A stretch of DNA of 64,000 nucleotides from contig CAVOKF010000005.1 in assembly GCA_963696385.1 (NCBI GenBank), positions 1,312,001 through 1,376,000 on the forward strand. The letters are read 5' to 3'. A program made the position numbers and the translations under genes. The notes under the pieces were generated by a model. That model saw only the letters and a program-made list of their open reading frames with translations. It did not search any database and was not told the origin of the DNA. Source of the DNA: an uncultured delta proteobacterium. GTDB lineage: Bacteria; Myxococcota_A; Polyangia; Polyangiales; Polyangiaceae. Positions 27,120-38,536 of the stretch are shown one piece after another; position 1 is the stretch's first letter, and the number at the start of each line of letters is the position of its first letter.

Positions 27120-28276
27120 AGTCCGATGAGCGGTGTCGAGCGGGTTGGTGGCGCGTAAAACCGTCGCATGGACACGTTCATGACGAGGCCGACGCCGATC
27201 AAGATCGTCATGACGCTCGAACCTCCGTACGAAAAGAGCGGCAACGTGACGCCGACGACAGGGAGCAGCCCGGTGACCATTCCGAGGTTGAAGACGACGT
27301 GCCAGAAGACGATGCTGCCGACGCCCACGGCGAGGACGGCGCCGAAGCGGTCTTTCGCCGTCGACGCGATTCGCAAGCACCAGAACACCAGGACTGTGTA
27401 GAGCGCGACGAGTGCGAGGCTACCGACGAACCCCCACTCCTCCGCGAACACCGGAAACGGGAAGTCGCTGTGCTGCTCGTGCAGGAACATGAACTGGTTC
27501 TGCGATCCCTTCATGAAGCCCTGGCCGAACAGGCCTCCGTTTCCCACCGCAATGCGCGCCTGATGCGGGTCCCAGTTGTAACCGAGGATGTTCTCGTTCG
27601 GATTCAGCCACGCATTGATTCGCTCGTTCTGGTACCCGCGCAGACCGTGGCTCCAGAATAAAGGGGCCACTACGGCCACGGCAATGCCCAGGCCGATGAG
27701 GCTGTGCGCTTGGATGCGCATCAGGGCGCAGACCGAAACCAACACGAGCACCAAAATCAGGCCCGTGCCGAGGTCGGGCTGAAGCATGACGAGCGCCGTG
27801 GGGACGGAAGCCACGAGAGCCGGGACGATGAGGTCCTTAAGGGTCCTGCCCTCGTTCTTGGGGTCGTCGTGCAAATACTTGGCGAGCGCAATGACCAGAA
27901 AAAGCTTCATGAACTCGCTCGGTTGAAAGCTGTAGGATCCGATGTAGATCCATCTTGAGCTGCCTCGAATCTCGCGTCCGAGGATGAAGACGAGGAGCAG
28001 CAGCACGACGCCGACCGCGTAGAGCGCATAGCCCAGCCGCTCGTAGTGGCGGTAGTCGATCGCCGCGACGACCGTGCCGAGGATGCCGCCGGCCACCAGC
28101 CAGTAGATCTGTTGAATGTAATCGTCCGAATGTGCCCCGCGAACGACGCTCGTGGCGGAGTACAGGTTGATGACGCCGATCACGGCGAGCGCGGCGACCG
28201 CGATGAACAACGTCCAGTCGAAGTGATCCCTCGCGTGTCCCGATAGGAACCCCCCGCCTTCGGCGCGCAGCCTCAC
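27116..28276 (-). CDS. rodA: Rod shape-determining protein RodA (SEDS)
   Basis: GSSRWI, FQPSEFMK, QPDLGT, GYQNERI, HSDFPF..FAEEWGF, PVVGVTLPLFSYGGSS; GTG start overlaps the mrdA stop. Confidence 0.95.
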   Translation of the reverse strand: MRLRAEGGGFLSGHARDHFDWTLFIAVAALAVIGVINLYSATSVVRGAHSDDYIQQIYWLVAGGILGTVVAAIDYRHYERLGYALYAVGVVLLLLVFILGREIRGSSRWIYIGSYSFQPSEFMKLFLVIALAKYLHDDPKNEGRTLKDLIVPALVASVPTALVMLQPDLGTGLILVLVLVSVCALMRIQAHSLIGLGIAVAVVAPLFWSHGLRGYQNERINAWLNPNENILGYNWDPHQARIAVGNGGLFGQGFMKGSQNQFMFLHEQHSDFPFPVFAEEWGFVGSLALVALYTVLVFWCLRIASTAKDRFGAVLAVGVGSIVFWHVVFNLGMVTGLLPVVGVTLPLFSYGGSSVMTILIGVGLVMNVSMRRFYAPPTRSTPLIGL

Positions 28277-30303
28277 GGTCGCGACCCCTTCGACCTCGTG
28301 GCCGACGGAGAATGACCGAGCCGCATCGATTGCAGGCGCTCGTACTCGCGAATGATTTGCATGGCGACCGGGACGGCGACTTCGGGGCCGGAGCCGCCGT
28401 GCTCGACCAAGACCGTCACGGCGACTTCGGGCGATCGGGCGGGGGCGAAGCTCGCAAACCAGGCGTGGTTCTGAGACAGGAACCAAGCGAGCTTCGTGTC
28501 GTCCTGCTTCTTCGCCACGTATCCCGTCTGGGCCGTGCCCGTCTTGCCCGCCACGTCCAAGGATGGATCGCGCGCGGGATAGGCCGTGCCGTTCGGGTCG
28601 TTCACGACCTCGTTGAGCGCCTCGGTCACCCGCTTCAGGTTGTCGCCGTCGATCGCGATTTGACGCCGAATCCGTGGTGGGAATTCTTGGACGACTGCGC
28701 CGTCGCTCGTTTCGACCGCTCGCACGACCTGCGGCTGGTACAAGGTGCCGCCGTTCGCGATGGCCGAGTATGCCAGGGCGAGTTGCAGAGGAGTGACGGT
28801 CACGTCGCCTTCGCCAATCGCCATGTTGAGCGTAAATCCTACGCGAAACTGGCCGCGGTAACGGAGCGCGTACCACGAGCGGGTCGGAATCCGTCCCGGG
28901 GCTTCAGGGTTGATCCCGAGGCCGGTCTTCTCCCCCAAGCCGAATGCCTGCGCGATGCGTGCGATGCGGTCCATCCCGACCGTCTCGGCGAGGTGGAAGA
29001 AGTAGACGTTGCACGACCTTGCGATGGCCTGGTGAAGCCGTACTGAACCGTGAACGTGGCTGCATCGGAAGATGCGACGTCCGAACATGACGTACCCTTC
29101 GCACTTCTCGACGTGCTCGGGGTCGACGAGGTGGTCTTCCAGTGCCGCGAGCGCGCTGAATGGCTTCATCGTCGATCCGGGTTGAAACGCGCCGCTCATC
29201 GTCTTGTCGAGTACCGGGCGCAGCGGATCGGCGTACAGGCGGCTGAATGCCTCGCGCACGCGCGCGTGCCCGGCACCGCCGGACAGGTCGTTGGGGTCGA
29301 AGTCCGGCTTGGAGTAGAGCGCGAGCAAACGACCCGTCCTCACGTCGATCACGACGACCGCGCCGGCGGCGTGCGGGCGCATCGCTTTCTCGATGGCCTG
29401 CTCCAAGTCGACGTCGATCGACAGCCGCAGGTCACGCCCGGGGATCGGATCCATGCGCGCGGGTGGATCGATGAGCCGCTCGGACTCGGGACCGGATCGG
29501 TAACGGCCCCTCGCGTCGACGACCCGTTTCTCCCAGCCTCGCTGGCCACGAAGGTACGGCTCCCACGCGTGTTCGATTCCCGTCGCCCCGACCGTGTCAC
29601 CCGCTTCGTAGTCGAGCGGATTGAGCCGTTGCTGATCGTCGCGAGACAAGTCCTCGTAGCCGGGTGGCCGGTATTTGGACAGCGCGTCGGCGTCGATTTC
29701 GGCGACGTATCCGAGCATCTGAGCCCCCAGGCTGTTGTACGGATAGAACCGGACGGGGACGCCGATCACGTCCACGCCTGCGAGCTCGTCGCGATGCTGC
29801 TTGAGCTCGGCGACCTCGTCGCGCGGGACGTCCTCCCTCACGAGGATCGGCGTTCGCCAGCATGGAGACTTGTCGTCGTCGTGCGCGCAAGCGGCGCGAA
29901 TGCGCGACTCGAACCCCCGGCGTTCGTCGGGATTGAGCCGCAACACTTCGGCCAGCTTCGGCCACGAATCCGGGTCGTGCGCGAGCGGCAGGCCGTTGCG
30001 GGTTCGGACCGGCCTGGCGCTCGGCATCACTCGGCCGGGAACAATTTCGACGTCGTACGACGGTCGGCTCGATGCGAGGACTCGGCCGTTTGCGTCGCGG
30101 ATGACTCCGCGGGTCGTGGGCGAGATCACGCGACGAATGATGTTTTCGTGAGCGACCGTGGCGTAGGTAGACGCATCGACGACCTGAAGTTGGAACAGGC
30201 GGACGACGACCGCTCCGAACGCCAGGAACGCGGTCAGAGCCATCCACTTGTAACGGCGCCGGAACTCGCCGACATCCGACCGCGATACCAGCAAACCCGT
30301 CAC
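28273..30303 (-). CDS. mrdA: Penicillin-binding protein 2
   Basis: RGVIRDANG, RFYPY, PGSTMK (SxxK), SCNVYF (SxN), KTGTAQ. Confidence 0.95.
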   Translation of the reverse strand: MTGLLVSRSDVGEFRRRYKWMALTAFLAFGAVVVRLFQLQVVDASTYATVAHENIIRRVISPTTRGVIRDANGRVLASSRPSYDVEIVPGRVMPSARPVRTRNGLPLAHDPDSWPKLAEVLRLNPDERRGFESRIRAACAHDDDKSPCWRTPILVREDVPRDEVAELKQHRDELAGVDVIGVPVRFYPYNSLGAQMLGYVAEIDADALSKYRPPGYEDLSRDDQQRLNPLDYEAGDTVGATGIEHAWEPYLRGQRGWEKRVVDARGRYRSGPESERLIDPPARMDPIPGRDLRLSIDVDLEQAIEKAMRPHAAGAVVVIDVRTGRLLALYSKPDFDPNDLSGGAGHARVREAFSRLYADPLRPVLDKTMSGAFQPGSTMKPFSALAALEDHLVDPEHVEKCEGYVMFGRRIFRCSHVHGSVRLHQAIARSCNVYFFHLAETVGMDRIARIAQAFGLGEKTGLGINPEAPGRIPTRSWYALRYRGQFRVGFTLNMAIGEGDVTVTPLQLALAYSAIANGGTLYQPQVVRAVETSDGAVVQEFPPRIRRQIAIDGDNLKRVTEALNEVVNDPNGTAYPARDPSLDVAGKTGTAQTGYVAKKQDDTKLAWFLSQNHAWFASFAPARSPEVAVTVLVEHGGSGPEVAVPVAMQIIREYERLQSMRLGHSPSATRSKGSRP

Positions 30304-31004
30304 GACGCCGCTCCCGACGCAGGCTGCGACCGCAGAGCGCTGCCGGTCGCGCCGTCGATCGCTTGGGCCGCGCGAAACACGAGCGGCGCGATCGCCGCCG
30401 TCACGACGGCATGCGGCAGTGCAATAGGGTAAAGCGACTTGGGAACCCAAGCATCCCTTCCGAAAATGGCGAGCAGAACGAGGACCATGGTGCTTTGCAG
30501 GATCGAGAACGCAGCGACGAGCAGCACCTGCATCCAGGTCGTTTGTGCGGCCAGGCGAACACCAGCCGCGCGAGCGAGCACGAACGTAGCCACGTAGGTG
30601 AACGTGTAGAGACCCACCGGCGCGATTCCGATCACGTCGGTGGCGTAGCCGAGGACGAACGCAACCGCGGCGCCTCGGGCCAATGAATATTCGTGAACAC
30701 CCATGAACAGGATGAGCGGCAGAACGAGTGTCGGGATCGGCCGGCCGAGGTGCGCATGCCAGAGCGAGACAGCGAGCACGTAACCCAGGAGCACCGTGGC
30801 GGGCAGGACGAGATCGGCGCGGAACGTCGTCACGGCGCGGGGGTGCCCAGGCGTGTTGCGAGCGCCTCGGAAGACGTCGACCGTGAGCGCGAAGGCCCAG
30901 ATTGCGGCAGCCGCGCCCACCGGCATGCCGTCGAGCGCTCGGAAGACGTTGCCCTGCAGCAACAGCAGCCCCATTCCCAAGGTCAGGAGCGCAACGTGGC
31001 GCAT
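30300..31004 (-). CDS. mreD: Rod shape-determining protein MreD (long form)
   Basis: Very hydrophobic, AFVLGYATDV..PVGL motif; lies between mreC and mrdA. Confidence 0.75.
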   Translation of the reverse strand: MRHVALLTLGMGLLLLQGNVFRALDGMPVGAAAAIWAFALTVDVFRGARNTPGHPRAVTTFRADLVLPATVLLGYVLAVSLWHAHLGRPIPTLVLPLILFMGVHEYSLARGAAVAFVLGYATDVIGIAPVGLYTFTYVATFVLARAAGVRLAAQTTWMQVLLVAAFSILQSTMVLVLLAIFGRDAWVPKSLYPIALPHAVVTAAIAPLVFRAAQAIDGATGSALRSQPASGAAS

Positions 31005-31900
31005 CAGAGCCTCCCGCGCGGTCCGTTCAGCAATGGAGTCCCTGTCGCGGTCGTTGGCGCGGGCTCCTCGCCGGGGGTGGTCACGAGAACGACGACCGCA
31101 TCCAAACGTGAAAAATCCACGGTGGGTGCGGCGTCGACGTCCTGATCGCGGCCGAGCTCGCGCTTGATCACACCGGTGATGCGCGCCACCGGGATTCCTC
31201 GCGGAAACCAGCGTCCTTTGCCGCTCGTCATCAACAAGTCGCCGATCTGGACCTCGTCGCGCGAGTCGACCATTTCGACTTTGCAGCCATAGCGTGCAGG
31301 ATCGCCGGTTCCCCGCACGAAGCCGCGCGCGCGAGTCCTCTCGTCCTCGACGTCGACGCCGAACGCAGCGTCGACGGCGAGCTGAACATCGACTGCGTCG
31401 CCAGCGACGTGTAGCACCGCGCCGACGACACCGTCCGGGGAGACGACGGGCATGTGGGGCCGCACCTCGCGGGCCCCTTTGTCGAGCACGATCCGTGTGA
31501 CGCGGAAGAATTCCGTATAGTCCTTGCCGATCACTTGAGCGCTCACAGCGTCGCTCGGCATCGAGTCCTTGAGTTGAAGCAGCCGTCGCAATTGGCGGTC
31601 GTCGGCTTGAGCCTGTTCGAGGGCGTGGACCCTCTCGCGCAGGCGCGCATTGTCGTAGGCGAGCCGTTCGTTATCGCGGCGCACGTCCACGAGATAAGCG
31701 TAGTTCTGCCAGGCGTCGCTCACGCCTCGTGCCAACATGGCCGCCGCGACCTCGAGCGGCGCCGTAACCCGAAGGACGGTCCGGTCCATCGCGCTCTGAT
31801 TCTCGGGCAATTTCATGTTCGCCTTGAGGACGAAGAATGGCACCGCGAGCAGCAGGGCCACGATCGCGAGATCGCGATAGCGTTTGAGCGCGGAGGGCAA
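31004..31900 (-). CDS. mreC: Rod shape-determining protein MreC
   Basis: TM, coiled coil (LRRLL), AQVIG, LDKG, GDLLMTSG...FPRGIPVA. Confidence 0.93.
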   Translation of the reverse strand: MPSALKRYRDLAIVALLLAVPFFVLKANMKLPENQSAMDRTVLRVTAPLEVAAAMLARGVSDAWQNYAYLVDVRRDNERLAYDNARLRERVHALEQAQADDRQLRRLLQLKDSMPSDAVSAQVIGKDYTEFFRVTRIVLDKGAREVRPHMPVVSPDGVVGAVLHVAGDAVDVQLAVDAAFGVDVEDERTRARGFVRGTGDPARYGCKVEMVDSRDEVQIGDLLMTSGKGRWFPRGIPVARITGVIKRELGRDQDVDAAPTVDFSRLDAVVVLVTTPGEEPAPTTATGTPLLNGPRGRL

Positions 31901-32001
31901 GGCGAAAATTCCAGAGAAATCCGACCGCGAACGGATCGGGTGCCCAATCTAATACCGCAAGATGGGAGCGTGCACCCTGCGCGCGGCGTCCGGCCCGACC
32001 C

Positions 32002-33237
<1,236 letters not shown>

Positions 33238-33421
33238 TCAGCCGCCTGGCGCGCCGCACGCCCGCCCTCCCCCCGCTTGGTCTCGACGAGCACCCTCGAC
33301 TCTTCGAGCCGTCGGTGCCCCACGGGTTTCCGACTCGTCGATGGGGCGTCAGTCGGCACACATCCGCTTTTTCGCCGCGCGCCTCGCCCGTCCCACCTTT
33401 CGCTGCGCCATTCTCGCGCGA

Positions 33422-33583
33422 TCAACCCTTCGAGATCTTGCCTTCTTTGTGCGCGAAGTGCTTGCGGCAGGCGGGGCAGAACTTCTTGATCTCGAATTTT
33501 TCGGACATCGTCCGCTTGTTCTTCGTGGTGGTGTAATTCGCGCGCCCGCAGTTGCCGCACGTCATTTTGATGATGTCACGCAT
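33422..33583 (-). CDS. rpmG: 50S ribosomal protein L33 (Zn-ribbon form)
   Basis: [24 protein letters not shown]...[15 protein letters not shown]. Confidence 0.96.
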   Translation of the reverse strand: MRDIIKMTCGNCGRANYTTTKNKRTMSEKFEIKKFCPACRKHFAHKEGKISKG

Positions 33584-33775
33584 GATCGCTCCGTACTCTC
33601 CGATCCAGTTCGATCGGCATCCCGCCCGGAGGTCCGAGCTGCCCGCGTCAGGGCGGCAGAGATTACGCACACCGTTGGCCCCGTCAAGGTACCCGCCCCG
33701 GCGGGATACTCGAGCTTTGCACCCGGGGGGGGCCTCGGCCGCCGCCATGCGGACCGCTCAGGACTTCTCGGCCGG

Positions 33776-34600
33776 TCAGTCGTCGTCGTCCTTGCCGTAG
33801 TCGACCAATCGCGTGCCCCGTGGCTCGTCTCGTTCGACCCGCTTCTTTTTGGGTCCCCCTCCGTCTTCGAAGGATCGCTTTCGCTTCTCTTCATGCGACG
33901 GCTTTCGGTGGGTCTGGCCGCCACCGGGGCCGCCACCACCGCCACCAAAGGCTGGTTGAAAGGGCGCCGCGAAGCCGCCGCCGCCCTCCGGTCGGGTAGG
34001 ACGATCGCCCTTCGGGTGAGCCAGATTCACGACGAGCCGCCGATTGCGAAGGTCCGCGGTTCGGAGCGCGTCGGCCGCGCTCTTTGCGGCCTCCGCGCTG
34101 GCCATCGTAACGAACCCGAAGCCGCGCTTGCGCCCGTCGGCGTCCATGGGCAGGTGAACCCGGACCACGCTGTCGGCGACGGCCGTGTTGATGAGAGTCT
34201 GTACCTCTTCCTGCGTCGCATCGTAGGGGAGGTTGCCGACGTAAAGCGTCCGGTCCGGCGCCTGCGGCGGGCCCCCGGCCCCACGCGGTCCGGGAGGACC
34301 CCCCGTGATCCGCGGTCCCGGCGCGTCGCCCCGTTTCGGGGGCTCCGCTTGAAACGGGCGTACCGAGATCGACTTGCCCGCCTGCATCGAGCCGTCGAGC
34401 GCATCGCGCGCCGCTTGGGCCTCCTGAGCCGTGGCCAGAGTCACGAAGCCGAAGCCGCGCGGTCGCCCGGTAGTCCTATCTTTCGGCAAGCTGACACTGA
34501 CGACCTTGCCGCCAGTCGCCTCGAAGAGCTGCTTGAGCACATCCTCGGAAATGCTGTCGGGCAGACCCGCCACAAACAACTTCGCGTCCTCGTTGGCCAT
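33776..34600 (-). CDS. RNA-binding protein with two RRM domains
   Basis: KLFVAGL/RGFGFVT and TLYVGNLPY/RGFGFVT (RNP2/RNP1 twice). Confidence 0.92.
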   Translation of the reverse strand: MANEDAKLFVAGLPDSISEDVLKQLFEATGGKVVSVSLPKDRTTGRPRGFGFVTLATAQEAQAARDALDGSMQAGKSISVRPFQAEPPKRGDAPGPRITGGPPGPRGAGGPPQAPDRTLYVGNLPYDATQEEVQTLINTAVADSVVRVHLPMDADGRKRGFGFVTMASAEAAKSAADALRTADLRNRRLVVNLAHPKGDRPTRPEGGGGFAAPFQPAFGGGGGGPGGGQTHRKPSHEEKRKRSFEDGGGPKKKRVERDEPRGTRLVDYGKDDDD

Positions 34601-34721
34601 TCGATCACTCACGACCTGTCGTCCGTTCCCTTGTTCAGAGCAGCGCCGGAGCGAGCGTGGACGCGTCGCGCGAGGCGTGTGACCCGAACTACGGTTCACG
34701 ATATCTAGCACGAGTCGCCCG

Positions 34722-36506
34722 TCAACTGTCGCCACCGGTCGCGTTGCGTGCGTCTTGCGTGATGTTGGCAACGTCCGCCGGCAACGTCGTGTCGTTGCCG
34801 GCCGCCCCATGGTTCACAGCCGCCGCCTGGCTCTTGCCCGGCCCGGACTTGCGTAGAGGGATCTCGAGTACGAACGTCGCGCCCCGACGGGGGCCGGCTC
34901 CCGCCGCCCTCGACGCGCCAGTGGCTCCGACTTCCCACGTGGTCTCGACCCAGGCCCGCCCGCCGTGACTTTCGGCGATGTGCTTGACGAGCGCGAGCCC
35001 GATGCCGCTTCCCCGCACTGGAGCGGAGGAGCTCGTCGTGCGCGAGGTCGACCCGCGAACGAACCGTTCGAAGATCCGGTCCCGGTCCTCCAGCGGAACG
35101 CCTGGGCCTTGGTCGATGACCCGTACGACCACGGCGCCGTCCTTCCTGGATGCCTTCACCGTTACCACCTCGGTCCCGGGTGCGTACTTCAGCGCGTTGT
35201 CGATGAGATTAATGACGGCGAGTTGAATCGCTCGCTCGTCGATGGTGACGCGCGGCAGATCGGGATCGATATCCGCCTCGAGCTCGATGCCCTCGCGCTC
35301 TGCGCGATACCGGTAAACGTTGACGGCCTTCGAGACGGCGTCTCCCACGCTTCCATCGGCAAAATCGTACGCGTCGCGTCCCCGCTCGACGCGCGCAAAG
35401 TCCAGCACGTTCTCGATGAGCGAGGAAAGGCGCTCGCTCTCGCTAACGATGATGTCGAGGTACTCGCGCTGCTTGGCTTCGCTCGTCACGCGACCGGATT
35501 GAAGCATCTCTCCGAACATGCGCACCAGGGCGAGCGGAGTCTTGAGCTCGTGGCTCACGTTCGCGACGAACTCGCTCTTGAGCGCCGACATGCGTCGCTC
35601 GCGCTCTGCAGCAACGAGAATGGTCGCGACACCGAGTACGACGATGATGCAAGAGAGAACGACCATGACGAGTTCGAGCATCGCCCGGTTCCGGACACGC
35701 GCCGTGAGCTCATCGCCGGCGCTCGGCGAGACCTGTACCCGCCACCCGTAGAGCGTCGTCGGAAAACGAACGGCCACGGTAAACTCGCCCGTCCGGAGTG
35801 GGGGGCCGAAGATGATGCGTCCGTCCTCGTCGACGACGTTGACTCGACTCGGCTGGGCGCTCGTCTTGGTCTCGCTCCGTTCGCGTTCCGAGAAGAGGGG
35901 CGGCATCGTATCTTTCACGATGCGCCCGATGTCGTGCCAAGCGACGACCAGGATACGATGCGTACGCGGTGGGTCACTCGGTCCGTCGGTCGGGGCGGCG
36001 AGCAGCGCGCGCTGCCAGTAGCTAACGAGATAGCTCTGGCCACGGTATTCGCGATGCAGGTGCCGCAGTTCGTCGGGGCCCTGCTTGGCAAGCTCCATGT
36101 CGCCGCACATTCGCTCTACGAGCAGCCGGCGGAACGCCTCCTCCTCGCCGAACGCTCCGCCCGCGCGTGACGCGAATGCGATCACCGTGTGGGTTTCGTC
36201 GAGCACGAGGATGGCTCGGACCGTCGGCGTCTCGCGTTGCGCGGTCGGAATCCATCGCTGGGCGAGGTCGGCGAGACGGGACGGCTCCGCGATGGCGAAC
36301 ACGACATTGTCCTGCTCCACGATCCGCTTATCGAGGCGGTCCGCCTTCTCGTTGGCCAGCTCGAGTGTGGCCTCGAGGACCGCTTGCTGTCCGAGCCGTT
36401 CGACCTGCAGCGTGGTCCGAAAAGTGAAATACAGCAGAGTTCCGACTGCCGCGAGCAGCGCCGGCAACAGCACAAGACTCCCAAGCCTTTCACGCCGGCG
36501 TGACAT
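34722..36506 (-). CDS. Membrane sensor histidine kinase
   Basis: Two TM segments; VSHELKTPL, NLIDNALKY, DQGPG, F.RG, GSGIGL. Confidence 0.95.
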   Translation of the reverse strand: MSRRRERLGSLVLLPALLAAVGTLLYFTFRTTLQVERLGQQAVLEATLELANEKADRLDKRIVEQDNVVFAIAEPSRLADLAQRWIPTAQRETPTVRAILVLDETHTVIAFASRAGGAFGEEEAFRRLLVERMCGDMELAKQGPDELRHLHREYRGQSYLVSYWQRALLAAPTDGPSDPPRTHRILVVAWHDIGRIVKDTMPPLFSERERSETKTSAQPSRVNVVDEDGRIIFGPPLRTGEFTVAVRFPTTLYGWRVQVSPSAGDELTARVRNRAMLELVMVVLSCIIVVLGVATILVAAERERRMSALKSEFVANVSHELKTPLALVRMFGEMLQSGRVTSEAKQREYLDIIVSESERLSSLIENVLDFARVERGRDAYDFADGSVGDAVSKAVNVYRYRAEREGIELEADIDPDLPRVTIDERAIQLAVINLIDNALKYAPGTEVVTVKASRKDGAVVVRVIDQGPGVPLEDRDRIFERFVRGSTSRTTSSSAPVRGSGIGLALVKHIAESHGGRAWVETTWEVGATGASRAAGAGPRRGATFVLEIPLRKSGPGKSQAAAVNHGAAGNDTTLPADVANITQDARNATGGDS

Positions 36507-36519
36507 CCGAGGGCTGAGT

Positions 36520-38410
36520 CTAGCGACGGATGCGATCCGGCTCCGTCACGACCCCATGCTCTGCCACGAACTGAGCAAACTGTTCGGCAATGTACGCCAT
36601 CGCGTACGCATCGGAGTCCGCGAACGGCTGGCCGTCGAGCGGGTCGAGCAACTCGAGAGCGCCGAGAAAGCGCCCCGCCATCATCGCGGGGGCGACGAGA
36701 GCCCCGCGCACTCCACCCATGGCCGCGTATCTTTCGAGCGATTGCGACTCGGCTTCGTTCGCGTAGGTTAGGACGATGGCTCGACGTTTCCCCGTTGCGG
36801 CATGCAGGGCAAGGTCACCTTCGGGATATCGTCGGAGCAAAAGCGACTTGGCGGATTCACCCCGCGTGTTGATGACGAGGAACTCGCGCCGGTCGATGTC
36901 GTAGATGTGGACGATCCCCGCTCGGCACGGTATTTTTTCCATGCTGAGTGCGAGGCAGAAGGCGCCGGCCTCGACCGCGTCGCGCATGAAGTGGAGCTCG
37001 TGCATCGCCTCGAACAAGTCGGCGATCAGAATCTTCGCCGCGCATACGGGCGCGGGGCGCACTCGGTCGATCCGCCGTCGATCCGATCGGTGCTTGCGAA
37101 GGTGCTCCGGCGATTCCAAGGGATGGCTCTTCGGTCCGGACCCCTCCAGGACCCGCCGATAGCCCCGGCTCGAAGGATGCCCCGACGCGGTCTTCGGGTC
37201 GACGCAGGGCGTCGACCCCTTCGGCGCGCGCAAGCGCCTCGGCGGGGGAAACGCGCGAGGACGCGCTGGGTCGGGGCGGATCGATCGTCGGCGCCTCGGC
37301 CTCGCCGGTGGGGCCACTCGGGGCTCGCTGAGTAGCTGTCTCGGCAGCAGTCGGATCGATGGGCAAGCTGAGGCCGTTCGAGACGCGCCCGGACACTTGG
37401 GCTGGCGACGCGGCCGACGGCGCGTGCGATTTCGACGCCGACGATTGCGTCTGCCGACGCGGAAAGGAAACGACGGCCGTCCCCTGCCAATCCTTCCAGG
37501 TCAGCGTTGCGAGGGGCGCGACGGGCGGCCGCCCTTCGAAGGGGACGTCGAACGCCGCTAAGTTGACGAGTTTGCCAACGGGGAGCGGCGTGAGCACCGT
37601 TCGCAACACCTCGAGCTGGACCCGCAGCAAGCGCTCGGCCATGGAGCTCGTCGTGCCGGAAGGAACGAGATAAACGTACTCTCGGTACGTGAGCGGCAGC
37701 GCCGGCGTTCGGTCTTCCTCGCGCTTGAAGAGGATGTGGGACGCCACGCCGGTCGGCGGGGCAGGGGTCGAAGGCGTCCGGTCCGCCGGCACGACCGCCT
37801 CCGCAGCGCCCGCGGCCGATGTCTCGATGGTGGGCACGCGCGGGGCGGGCGGAACCTCGTCCGCGGCCGGCCGAGCGACCGAGCTCGGAACCGGTACGGT
37901 CGAGGCAGCGATCTTCGGCGCTTGGATCCCGTGCCCCGAAAGCCTTGGCGGAATGCTCGAGGCATACCGAGAAGGAGAACTCGTCACGTAGACTGGTGGA
38001 TTGGCCCACGCCAAGGTTTCGGCCTGAAGGGGCGGGACGCTCTGCCGGGGGCCTAGGGTTTCGCGCGGAGGGCCACTCGGCCGCGGGTTTACCGCCTCGG
38101 TGGGCGCCGCGCTCGGCCGAGGGCCCACGTCTCCCGCCGGGGTCGCCGATTCCTGCGGCCCAGCCTCTTGGTCCGGGCGGTCCGCGCCTTCGCGAAAAGC
38201 CGGGCGCACTTGGTACCGAACGCGCGACGTCGGATCGACTGCCCGGCAGCCACTTTCAAGCAGTTCAATCGAGAAGCCGCTCAACCCAGCGGTTTCACCG
38301 CGCTCCGTTCGCACGGCGATGAGAGCGCTCTGCCAGGTGTCGGCCTCGATCATCACGGACTCGGTTTCGGAACCACCGCCGAGCGGCGTCACCTCGACGA
38401 GCCAGCGCAT
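36520..38410 (-). CDS. GAF domain-containing protein, split by a 1-nt frameshift at about 37030
   Basis: Removing one A of AA at 37030-37031 joins ...RMRGED to LIADLFEAMHELHF...ALVAPAMMAGRFLGALELLDPLDGQPF (GAF). Confidence 0.75.
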
Positions 38411-38536
38411 GCGTCGCTTCGCCTTTCCCGGAGAGGGCACCATACCGGTGCCGACGAACTCTTATCAGGGCGTCGTCCAGACGGTCAACGCGTCGTCGGC
38501 GCGATCCGCCGACCAAATTTCTCGCACCTCGTCGCA

